NCBI GenBank assembly: GCA_963750915.1
Contig: CAVVSF010000007.1
Location: forward strand, 1,110,654-1,174,653
Direction of reading: 5' to 3'
From: an uncultured Acidobacteriota bacterium
GTDB lineage: Bacteria; Acidobacteriota; Vicinamibacteria; Vicinamibacterales; 2-12-FULL-66-21
DNA: 64,000 nucleotides
Shown here: positions 56,523 through 64,000 of the stretch, piece after piece
How the letters are laid out: every line of letters begins with the position of its first letter
Numbering within the stretch: position 1 is the first letter of the stretch
The notes under the pieces: generated by a model
The model's database searches: none
What the model saw: the letters and a program-made list of their open reading frames with translations, nothing else
What the model was told of the DNA's origin: nothing
Position numbers and translations under genes: made by a program

Positions 56523-57428
56523 CTACTTCTTCTTTTCGGTGATCGCCTTCTCGAGCAGCTTGCGGCCCTCTTCGAGCTCCAGCCGCTTCGCGCCGTCGAC
56601 CTTCGGAAACGCGAGATCGAGCTCCTCGAGCGCGCTGATGATCGCCGCGGCGACGACCAGCCGCGCGAACCATTTCTTGTTGCCGGGGACGACGACCCAC
56701 GGCGCGTATGGCGTCGCCGTCTCGCGAATCGTTTCCTGATAGAGCTCCATGTAGTCGTCCCAGCGCGCCCGCTCTTTCAGGTCGCCGAGGTTGAACTTCC
56801 AGTTCTTCTCCGGCTCGTCGAGCCGCTTGCGCAGGCGCTGCAGCTGCTCCTTCTGCGAGACGTGGAGGAAGAACTTGCGAATGACGTAGCCCTGGCGGCT
56901 GAAGTACCGCTCGAACGCGCGGATGTCTTCGAACCGCTCCTCCCATATCCGCTTTGTGACCAGCGGCTTCGGGATCGGCTGACTCTCGAGGATCTGGGGA
57001 TGGACGCGGACGACGAGCACTTCCTCGTAGTACGAGCGATCGAAGATGCCGATGCGGCCGCGCTGCGGCAGGTGGCGGAAGTTGCGCCACATGAAGTCGT
57101 GGTCTCGTTCCTCCGCCGACGGCGCCTTGAACGACGTCACCTCGACGCCAGCCGGGTTGACCCCGGACATCACGTGCTCGATCGCCCCACCCTTGCCGGC
57201 GGCGTCGAGCGCCTGGAACATGAGGAGGACGCCCCACTGGTCCTGGGCGTAGAGCTTCTCCTGAAGGTCGCGCAGCCGGTCCACGCCTTCGGCGAGCGCT
57301 GCCTTGGCGGCCTCCTTGTCCGGCTTGAGCCCGGCGGAGTCGTCAGGATCGATGTCCTTCAGCCTGAACTTGGAGCCTTTCTTGACGAGATACGGCTTGA
57401 CGAAGTCGCGCACGTTGATTCTGGACAT
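56523..57428 (-). CDS. ppk2: polyphosphate kinase 2 family protein
   Basis: ORF 56523..57428. Walker-A-like FQALDAAGKGG; FMWRNFRHLPQRGRIGIFDRSYYE. Confidence 0.9.
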   Translation of the reverse strand: MSRINVRDFVKPYLVKKGSKFRLKDIDPDDSAGLKPDKEAAKAALAEGVDRLRDLQEKLYAQDQWGVLLMFQALDAAGKGGAIEHVMSGVNPAGVEVTSFKAPSAEERDHDFMWRNFRHLPQRGRIGIFDRSYYEEVLVVRVHPQILESQPIPKPLVTKRIWEERFEDIRAFERYFSRQGYVIRKFFLHVSQKEQLQRLRKRLDEPEKNWKFNLGDLKERARWDDYMELYQETIRETATPYAPWVVVPGNKKWFARLVVAAAIISALEELDLAFPKVDGAKRLELEEGRKLLEKAITEKKK

Positions 57429-57473
57429 GATCGCTCCCGTTTCCTGTCGCCCCGCACTCGTGCCGGACGCGGT

Positions 57474-57668
57474 TCAGACGTGTCGGTCCGACCGGTCCGC
57501 AACTCTCTCGATCTTGCCATTCTGGCCGTTCTTGTCGACCCGGCCTCTCAGCAGGACCTCAATCACGACCTCGGCCTCCAGCATCTGCGGCCAGGTCACG
57601 TTGAGCGAGGTCCGCCGCGTCCGGTTCAGGGCGTCGTCGGGCTGGATGTCCAGATTGGCGACGTTCAC
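57474..57668 (-). CDS. small hypothetical ORF (64 aa)
   Basis: ORF 57474..57668, GTG start. Strong GC3 bias consistent with coding, but no recognisable family and no clear RBS. Confidence 0.3.
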   Translation of the reverse strand: MNVANLDIQPDDALNRTRRTSLNVTWPQMLEAEVVIEVLLRGRVDKNGQNGKIERVADRSDRHV

Positions 57669-57774
57669 GATGCCATAAGTTCATGCCGAAGTGATAGTGG
57701 GCAGGTCATCGCCCAAGCCTAGCCAGGCCGTCGGGCGGGCGCGTGCCGCCACGGCCCGAATACACTACTGGTGC

Positions 57775-59736
57775 ATGCCGGAGCACGGAACACTCCTCCC
57801 CGAACTGGTTTTGACCTACGCGATCGCGCTGGGCCTGATCCTCGTCCTGGCGAGGCTGCGAATCCCGCCGATCGTCTCGTTCATCATCGCCGGCGCGATT
57901 GCCGGCCCGACCGGTATCGGCATCGTCGAAACGCAGGAGGACGTCAACGTCCTCGCCGATCTCGGCATCGTGCTGCTGCTCTTTACCGTCGGCCTCGAGT
58001 TCTCGCTCGGCGAGATTCGCCGCATCTGGAAGGCCGTGCTGTTCGGCGGGACGCTGCAGATCGCCGGCACCGCGGCGGTGCTGATGCCGGTGCTGGTCCT
58101 GGCGATGGGCGAATCGTGGCGCGTCGGGGTGTTCATCGGCCTGTTCGTCGCGCTGTCGAGCACCGCCATCGTGCTGCGCGAACTGGCGGCCCGCAACCAG
58201 CTCGATGCGCCGCACGGCCGGTTGATGGTCGGCCTGCTGTTGTATCAGGACCTGGCGATCGTCGGGCTGCTTCTGCTCGTACCGATACTCTCGGGCAAGA
58301 CCGCATTGAGCGCCGTCCCGATGGTGGTGCTGAAGGCGGCGCTGGCGATTGGCGCCGTTGCCGTCGTCAGCCGGCTCGTGCTGCCGGTGTTGTTCCGGCT
58401 GGTGGCGCAGAGCGGCCGCCGCGAAGCGTTTCCCCTGGCGGTGCTGGTCGCCAGCATCGGCACGGCCTGGGTCAGCTCGCTGCTCGGTATCTCGATGGCG
58501 CTCGGCGCATTTCTCGGCGGGCTGGTGCTCGCCGAGGGGGAGTACAGCCACCAGGCGCATGCCGAGATCCGGCCGCTGCGCGACATCCTCGCCGGCCTGT
58601 TCTTCATCTCACTCGGGATGCTCGCCGACTTCGGCGCGATCATGGCGCAGCTGCCGATGATTCTCGCGGTCACGCTGGTGCTGATCATGGTCAAGGCTGC
58701 CGTCGCCGGCGGCGCGCTGTGGGTCGTCTCGACGCCGCTGCGGGTCGCCGTCACCGCCGGCATCGGCCTGGCCCAGGTCGGTGAGTTCTCGTTCATTCTC
58801 GGCCGCGCCGGCATCGAGGTCGGCCTCATATCGTCAGGAGAATGGCAGGTCCTGCTCGCCGCCAGCATCGCGACGATGCTGGTGACGCCGGTGCTCGTCG
58901 CGATGGCGCCGCGGGCCGGCACCTGGCTGGCGGAACGGACAGGGCAGATCAGCGACGCCACCGAGGACTCCGATCGCGCGCACATGTCCGGGCACGTCGT
59001 CATTCTCGGCTTTGGCGTTGGCGGCCGGCTGCTCGGCGCCGCCCTGCGTCAGCTCAACGTGCCTTACGTGATCCTCGACATGAATGGCGCGACGGTCCGG
59101 CAAATGCGTGCCGACGGCGAGTCGATCTTCTTCGGCGACGCGACAAATGAAGACGCGCTGCGCAGCGCCGGCGTCGCCGACGCCCGCGCCGTCGTCGCGG
59201 TGATGAGCGATCCGTATGCCTCCGCGCGGGCGTTGACGGCGATTCGCGCCATCAATCCGTCCGTGCCGGTGATCGTCCGGACGCGGTACCGGTCGGAGGC
59301 CGATTCGCTGCGGCGGATGGGTGCGACGGTGGCGGTGGCCGAGGAACTCGAGGCATCGCTCGAAGTCGTGGCGCAGGCGATGGCACGGCTCGACGTGCCG
59401 GGCAACGTCATCGAGGTCCTGCTCGAAAGCTACCGTCGCGAATCGACCGGAATGCGTACGGTGCGGGCGCCATCGCAGCCGCTCGAGTCGGTGACGCAGA
59501 CGCCGGTCGCGTCGCACCAGCTCGCTGCCGGCAACTGGGCGGTGGGCAGGAGCCTGGCGGAAGTGAACCTCCGCGCGGAAACGGGGGCGCTAGTGATCGC
59601 GGTGCAGCAGGGTGGGCGGCACATCACCTCGCCGTCGCCCGAGCTCGTCCTTGGGGAGAGCAGCGTGCTCTATCTCGTCGGCGACGACAGCGACGTCATG
59701 CTGGCCCGCCGCCGCCTCGGCGCCGGCCCAGGCTGA
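57775..59736 (+). CDS. CPA2 cation:proton antiporter (Kef-type) with TrkA-N and TrkA-C (RCK) domains
   Basis: ORF 57691..59736. Start taken at MPEHGTLLPEL (ATG 57775). About 12 TM segments; GHVVILGFGVGGR Rossmann motif; C-terminal RCK_C. Confidence 0.88.
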   Translation: MPEHGTLLPELVLTYAIALGLILVLARLRIPPIVSFIIAGAIAGPTGIGIVETQEDVNVLADLGIVLLLFTVGLEFSLGEIRRIWKAVLFGGTLQIAGTAAVLMPVLVLAMGESWRVGVFIGLFVALSSTAIVLRELAARNQLDAPHGRLMVGLLLYQDLAIVGLLLLVPILSGKTALSAVPMVVLKAALAIGAVAVVSRLVLPVLFRLVAQSGRREAFPLAVLVASIGTAWVSSLLGISMALGAFLGGLVLAEGEYSHQAHAEIRPLRDILAGLFFISLGMLADFGAIMAQLPMILAVTLVLIMVKAAVAGGALWVVSTPLRVAVTAGIGLAQVGEFSFILGRAGIEVGLISSGEWQVLLAASIATMLVTPVLVAMAPRAGTWLAERTGQISDATEDSDRAHMSGHVVILGFGVGGRLLGAALRQLNVPYVILDMNGATVRQMRADGESIFFGDATNEDALRSAGVADARAVVAVMSDPYASARALTAIRAINPSVPVIVRTRYRSEADSLRRMGATVAVAEELEASLEVVAQAMARLDVPGNVIEVLLESYRRESTGMRTVRAPSQPLESVTQTPVASHQLAAGNWAVGRSLAEVNLRAETGALVIAVQQGGRHITSPSPELVLGESSVLYLVGDDSDVMLARRRLGAGPG

Positions 59737-59783
59737 GCTCCCCAACTTCTCAAAGATGGCATCGGGATGCGTCGCCCGGCCGC

Positions 59784-60575
59784 ATGCCAACCGTGGATTC
59801 TCAGTTCAGCTCTCAGATCGACATGCTCGTGCGCGTGTACCTCATCCCTGTCGCCTGGCGGATCGCCGGCGCGGTTTGCATCTGGCTCGTCGGCAGCTGG
59901 GCCATTAAACTCTTCCGCTCCGCGCTGCGCCGCTTCATGCGCCTGCGGGCCCTCGACGTGACGCTCGCGGCCTACCTGGAGGCTGGCGCGGGTGCCGTGC
60001 TGCAGCTGCTCGTCCTCATCGCCGTCATGGGAGTGCTCGGCGTCGAGACGACATCGTTCGCCGCGCTGCTCGCCGCCGCCGGCATCGCCATCGGCGCCGC
60101 CTGGTCGGGGCTGCTCTCGAACTTCGCCGCCGGCCTCTTCCTCCTCACGTTCCGGCCGTTCAAGGTCGGCGACACGATCGCCGCCGCCGGCGTGACCGGC
60201 GTCGTGCGCGAGATCGGCCTGTTCGTGACCGCAATCGATACAGCCGATCACGTTCTTACGTACGTCGGGAACAATCGCCTGTTCTCGGAGAACGTCCAGA
60301 ACTTCACCGCCAATCCGTTCAGGCGGGTCGACCTCACGGCGCAGCTGCCCGCGACGGTGAATCCGGAAACCGCCGGTGCGCAGCTGCTCGAACTGGTCCG
60401 CGGGGTCCCGCACGTGCTGATGAACCCGGCGCCGCGCGTCGAGATCCTGACGTTCACCGCCACCGGGCCTGTCCTCGCCGTGCGGCCGTTCTGCCCGAGC
60501 GAGAACTACTGGCAGGTGTACTTCGACACCAACCGCACCATCGGCAAGTTCCTGACGAACGAGATCGCGACCTGA
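59784..60575 (+). CDS. small-conductance mechanosensitive channel (MscS family)
   Basis: ORF 59784..60575. Three TM segments, then the MscS beta-domain motif FRPFKVGDTIAAAGVTGVVREIGLFVT. Confidence 0.85.
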   Translation: MPTVDSQFSSQIDMLVRVYLIPVAWRIAGAVCIWLVGSWAIKLFRSALRRFMRLRALDVTLAAYLEAGAGAVLQLLVLIAVMGVLGVETTSFAALLAAAGIAIGAAWSGLLSNFAAGLFLLTFRPFKVGDTIAAAGVTGVVREIGLFVTAIDTADHVLTYVGNNRLFSENVQNFTANPFRRVDLTAQLPATVNPETAGAQLLELVRGVPHVLMNPAPRVEILTFTATGPVLAVRPFCPSENYWQVYFDTNRTIGKFLTNEIAT

Positions 60576-60620
60576 CGGCCGGGCGTCGGACGCGGTCGGC
60601 GGAGGGCGAGGAGCGATCGG

Positions 60621-61397
60621 CTACGCCATCACGTCCAGCAGCAGCGCCGCCCACGGAACTTCCGAGTAGAACAGGATCACGAGGAAGGTCGCGACGTACA
60701 GACGCCGCAGCCACACGTCGTCGTCTGACGTCTGGGTCAGGCCCATCACGAGCAGCACCCAGCCGAAGCCGGCGACCGGCGCGAACGCATAGGTGACGAG
60801 GCAGAAAACGAGCAGCAGCGCGTGGCGTATCCACGCCGGCGCGCTGGCCAGCATCGCGGCGGCGACCGCCGCCTCGAGCAGCAGGATGCCCCAGGTCGAG
60901 ACCCGGGCCAGCGCGCGCAGGCGCGGCGTCTCGACGATCGGCGGCGGCGTCTGCCAGGCGGCCCCCTCTGGCAGCGGCGACAGCGCGCGGCGATTGGCGA
61001 CCAGCTCCTCCTGCGAGAGCCCGCCGATGAGCATCGCCGCCTCGCCGAAGCGCGGATCGGTCAGGAGCGTGACACGAAAGAACCGGCCGTCGAGGAAATC
61101 GGGGGCCAGCACCGCCTTCCACAGGACGGCGCAGGCGAAGGCGAGACCGATCAGCCAGCGGCTGTTGTGCGCCAGCGCCGCTGGCGGTGCCGCGCCGCGC
61201 AGCGACAGCGCGATCGCCAGCGCCCAGTAGGCCAGCAGGTAGATGTGATTGTCGGCGAGCGGCCAGTCGTCGGCGATGCGGAACGCGATCAGCAGCGCGA
61301 CCGCTCCCCACAACCGCGCCGAGGCCAGCGCGCGGGGATAGATCAGCGCCAGCGCCGCCGCGGCAATCAGCGCCGGCCGCACGAACCAGGGTCCCAT
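60621..61397 (-). CDS. polytopic membrane protein (HTTM-like?); start unresolved
   Basis: ORF 60621..61631. The first ATG (61395-61397) has no RBS and would cut off a hydrophobic segment (VDTALRLTAIALLLRP) that is in frame upstream. The frame is +1 relative to the upstream gene, which stops at 61447. Contains a WPLADNHIYLLAYWALAI motif. Confidence 0.55.
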   Translation of the reverse strand: MGPWFVRPALIAAAALALIYPRALASARLWGAVALLIAFRIADDWPLADNHIYLLAYWALAIALSLRGAAPPAALAHNSRWLIGLAFACAVLWKAVLAPDFLDGRFFRVTLLTDPRFGEAAMLIGGLSQEELVANRRALSPLPEGAAWQTPPPIVETPRLRALARVSTWGILLLEAAVAAAMLASAPAWIRHALLLVFCLVTYAFAPVAGFGWVLLVMGLTQTSDDDVWLRRLYVATFLVILFYSEVPWAALLLDVMA

Positions 61398-61446
61398 CGG
61401 CCGCAGCAGCAGCGCGATCGCGGTCAGCCGCAGAGCAGTGTCGACG

Positions 61447-61869
61447 CTACTGAACGACGTGGACGTAGGCACGCAGGACCCGCTCGTTGGCGTGCAGGGT
61501 GGCGCGGTCGAACTCGGTCCGCCAGACGGTGAGGGTGACGCGGCTGACGGGCCGCTGCCGCCGCCGCTCCCGCGCGACGATACCCTCGGCGAGGCGATGG
61601 AGCAGCCAGTCGGCGGGAAGGCTGGCGGCACGCGCGGCCAGCAGTTCGAGCGAGGGCGGCATCTCGAGCTGCTCGGATCGCTCCGGCGCCTCGACGACCG
61701 CGCTGACCCGCCGGTGCGCGCCGTGGTCGAGGGTCGAGAACATGCCGAACCCGCCCCCCTTCCACGCCGTCAGCCCGCCGGCACGGGCGAGGCCGACCTG
61801 CGCAACCGCCACGGCAATGAGCAGCAGCGCGGCCAGCGGCGGTCGGCGCACGGTCCGCCCGATCGTCAT
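61447..61869 (-). CDS. membrane-anchored hypothetical protein
   Basis: Lower part of ORF 61447..62322. ATG at 61867-61869 overlaps the DUF4136 stop (ATGA). TM segment PPLAALLLIAVAVAQVGLA, then WKGGGFGMFS. Confidence 0.6.
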   Translation of the reverse strand: MTIGRTVRRPPLAALLLIAVAVAQVGLARAGGLTAWKGGGFGMFSTLDHGAHRRVSAVVEAPERSEQLEMPPSLELLAARAASLPADWLLHRLAEGIVARERRRQRPVSRVTLTVWRTEFDRATLHANERVLRAYVHVVQ

Positions 61870-62444
61870 TTCTTCGGCGGAAAGTGCTTCAGGATCTCGC
61901 GCACTGCGTCCTGGATGAGCGGCGTGCGCTGCGCCGGCGTCTGGCCCGGCTTCAGCTCGGCCTGGCCGATGCCCCGCCAGACCACCTCGTTGTTCGCGCT
62001 GATGTCGAGGACGAGCGAGCCCTGCTCGATGACGCGATATGACTGGGTCGCGGCCGTGAACGGCGGCACGCCCCACTCCGTAACCGCCGGCAGGAACTGC
62101 CCGAGCTGCTGCGACTGCGTGCCGACGGTGATGAGAATGTAATAGGTGACCTCGACGTCGGCGGCGGCGCCCGTGGCCGCTGCGGTCACGCCGCGCTTCG
62201 GCAGCTCCGCCTCCACCGCTGCCTTGACGACCGGCTCCGCGCGCTGGCGCACCACTTCGGGGTCGTCGTCGGCGGTGCGCGCCATCTTGACCTCGCCGGG
62301 GCCCTTGTCGTTCCAGGCCCACGTCTTGGCCTTGGCGAAATCGTAGCTCTTCGTGAACTGGGTCTTCACCTTGACCGCCGCGCCGCCCGGCAGGGTCAGG
62401 GCGAGGACGCCGGCAGCGGTGAGGGCGGTCAATACTCTGGTCAT
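61866..62444 (-). CDS. DUF4136-family lipoprotein-like protein (second copy)
   Basis: ORF 61866..62564. Start taken at MTRVLTALTAAGVLALTLP (ATG 62442-62444, GAGG 8 nt upstream). Shares GSLVLDI...VVWRG...AVREILKHFPP with the gene at 4726..5283. Confidence 0.75.
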   Translation of the reverse strand: MTRVLTALTAAGVLALTLPGGAAVKVKTQFTKSYDFAKAKTWAWNDKGPGEVKMARTADDDPEVVRQRAEPVVKAAVEAELPKRGVTAAATGAAADVEVTYYILITVGTQSQQLGQFLPAVTEWGVPPFTAATQSYRVIEQGSLVLDISANNEVVWRGIGQAELKPGQTPAQRTPLIQDAVREILKHFPPKK

Positions 62445-62602
62445 CTCAAACCTCATCTCATGCTTCAGGGTCGCGCCGTTATTGTCCCTCAGTTGGGGTG
62501 GGACGACCACGAGCCTTCGCGGCTGCCGCGAGCGCCCGCGCCGACGGCCGCGAGAATGCGCCAAATTGGCGGGATTGGCGCGCCCTCGCGGCCCGTTACC
62601 GG

Positions 62603-62618
62603 GGGAACGGAGGTTGCA
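62603..62618 (+). promoter_or_regulatory. weak sigma-54-like -24/-12 element upstream of the ABM-domain gene
   Basis: gGGAAC-GGAGG-TTGCA has correct GG/GC spacing and a perfect TTGCA. However, it ends only 15 nt before ATG 62633, so the transcript would be nearly leaderless. Confidence 0.25.
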
Positions 62619-62632
62619 CCCGCTGGCGGCCG

Positions 62633-62944
62633 ATGCTCCTGGCCACCATCAAGTTTCGCGCCCAGCCGCACAAGCGGGCGGAAGCACTGGGCGCCGTCGA
62701 TTCGCTGGCGCAGCGGATGCGCGGCTACTCGGGGTGTGGCTGCAGCCGGGTCCTCACCGATTCGGACGACCAGAACGTGCTGCTCATCTCGTCCGAGTGG
62801 CAGGACGCGGGTGCCGCAGAAGTATTCTTCCACTCGCGCGAGTTTCAGATCTTCAAGGGCGTCCGCATCCTGATGCGCGAAGAGCCGGTCATCATCATCG
62901 ACGAGGTGCGGGCCCGGGTCACGCGGCTGATGCGCGCCGGCTGA
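62633..62944 (+). CDS. antibiotic-biosynthesis-monooxygenase (ABM)-like small protein
   Basis: ORF 62498..62944. Start taken at MLLATIKFRAQP, where the ferredoxin-like beta-alpha-beta pattern begins. LLISSEWQDAGAAEVFFHSREF. Confidence 0.65.
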   Translation: MLLATIKFRAQPHKRAEALGAVDSLAQRMRGYSGCGCSRVLTDSDDQNVLLISSEWQDAGAAEVFFHSREFQIFKGVRILMREEPVIIIDEVRARVTRLMRAG

Positions 62945-62979
62945 CGCCGCTCGAACGAAGGCGACGCCGATGCCACGCC

Positions 62980-63948
62980 TCAGCGCGGCCGCGCGATGCC
63001 AAGCTTGAGCATCCGGCTGCGCAGCGTGCTCGGCTTCAATCCGAGCTGCTGTGCCGCGCCGTTGCCACCCTCGATGCGCCAGCGCGTCGACTCGAGGACG
63101 GCACGGATGTGCTGCCGCTCCAGCTCCACGAGCGTCATGTTCGCCATCGGCATCGGCGGCGGCGCAGACATCAGCCAGGCATCGCCAAGCGTCAGCGTCG
63201 TTCCCGGCGAAAGAATGATGGCGCGCTGCAGCACATTTTCCAGCTCGCGAATGTTTCCCGGCCAGTCGTAGCTCTCGAGCGCGTGCAGCACGTGTTGGGG
63301 AACGGTTTCGATCGTCTTGCGCAGCGACCGCGCCAGCCGGCGCACGAGGTAGTGCACGAGAGGGCCGATGTCTTCGCGGCGATCGCGGAGAGAGGGGATC
63401 GTGATCGGGAAGACGTTCAGGCGATAGTAGAGGTCCTGCCTGAAGCGGCCCTGCCGCACCTCTTCGCCGAGGTCACGATTGGTCGCGGCAATGATGCGGA
63501 CGTCGACTTCGACCGTCCTCGGGCTGCCGAGGCGCTCGATCTGTCCCTCCTGCAGCACGCGCAGCAGCTTCGGCTGCAGTTCGAGCGGCAGCTCGCCAAT
63601 TTCGTCCAGCAGGATCGTGCCGCGGTGTGCCAGCTCGAAGCGGCCCATCTGGCTCGCATGCGCGCCGGTGAACGCCCCCTTTTCACGCCCGAACAACTCG
63701 CTCTCGACGAGATTGGCCGGGAGCGCGGCGCAATTGACCACGACCATCGGCCGCGACCGCCGCGGGCTGCGGCGATGAACCGTCCGCGCCAGCAGCTCCT
63801 TGCCGGTGCCGGTCTCGCCGAGAAGCAGCACAGCGGCATCGGTCGGCGCGACCTGGTCCAGCCGGTACAGAACGTACTTGAGAGCGTCGCTCTCACCGAC
63901 GACCTGGTCGCGGTCCTCGGGGATAGCGGGTATCGACGGTAGCTCCAT
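62980..63948 (-). CDS. sigma-54-dependent transcriptional activator, AAA+ plus Fis-type HTH, no sensor domain (PspF-like architecture)
   Basis: ORF 62980..63948, 322 aa. GETGTGKE; canonical ESELFGREKGAFTGA; VRIIAAT; WPGNIRELENVLQRA; C-terminal HTH AAQQLGLKPSTLRSRMLKLGI. Confidence 0.92.
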   Translation of the reverse strand: MELPSIPAIPEDRDQVVGESDALKYVLYRLDQVAPTDAAVLLLGETGTGKELLARTVHRRSPRRSRPMVVVNCAALPANLVESELFGREKGAFTGAHASQMGRFELAHRGTILLDEIGELPLELQPKLLRVLQEGQIERLGSPRTVEVDVRIIAATNRDLGEEVRQGRFRQDLYYRLNVFPITIPSLRDRREDIGPLVHYLVRRLARSLRKTIETVPQHVLHALESYDWPGNIRELENVLQRAIILSPGTTLTLGDAWLMSAPPPMPMANMTLVELERQHIRAVLESTRWRIEGGNGAAQQLGLKPSTLRSRMLKLGIARPR

Positions 63949-64000
63949 TGTGCGAGGCAGTGGCGGAATGGGGCTGAGATCTCTGAACGGAGGCGTCGCA

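Noticed and set aside
62473-62490. aGGGAC-AATAA-CGGCG on the minus strand upstream of the second DUF4136 gene, considered as a sigma-54 promoter.
   Set aside because: Only the GG/GC dinucleotides and spacing fit, and the -12 TTGC context is absent. It is too weak to call without a PWM score or TSS data.

Overview
Very GC-rich bacterial chromosomal segment. The gene content suggests an Acidobacteria-like organism: a TIGR03436-type VWA protein, a TonB receptor with an N-terminal carboxypeptidase-regulatory-like domain, and many sigma-54 components. This taxonomic guess is inference only. I call about 55 protein-coding genes, mostly on the minus strand, covering housekeeping and envelope functions: pgl, msrA, msrB, blc, a three-subunit xanthine-dehydrogenase-family enzyme, a GT2/GT-C/epimerase glycosylation set, an HtrA protease, an AsmA-like protein, MATE, Kef, MscS, PPK2, a two-component pair, M3B and YpfJ peptidases, and a penicillin acylase. 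I found no rRNA, tRNA, CRISPR array or recognisable transposase/integrase. Three signals are not explained by ordinary gene calls. (1) Ten places where a clearly protein-like reading frame jumps to another frame. In nine of them the composite gene length is 3n+1, meaning one extra nucleotide. An assembly insertion artefact is the default explanation, but the one-sidedness deserves a check. (2) A family of intergenic elements made of short tandem units (7-13 nt) that are followed by the inverted copy of the same array. They sit almost always at gene 3' ends. One locus shows a compensatory base change between its arms. (3) A dense sigma-54 layer: two activators with PspF-like architecture (AAA+ plus HTH, no sensor domain), each next to a DUF4136 lipoprotein cluster; one textbook -24/-12 promoter in front of the TonB receptor; and three weaker candidates. 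The many long antisense or alternative-frame ORFs in the track are GC-composition artefacts.
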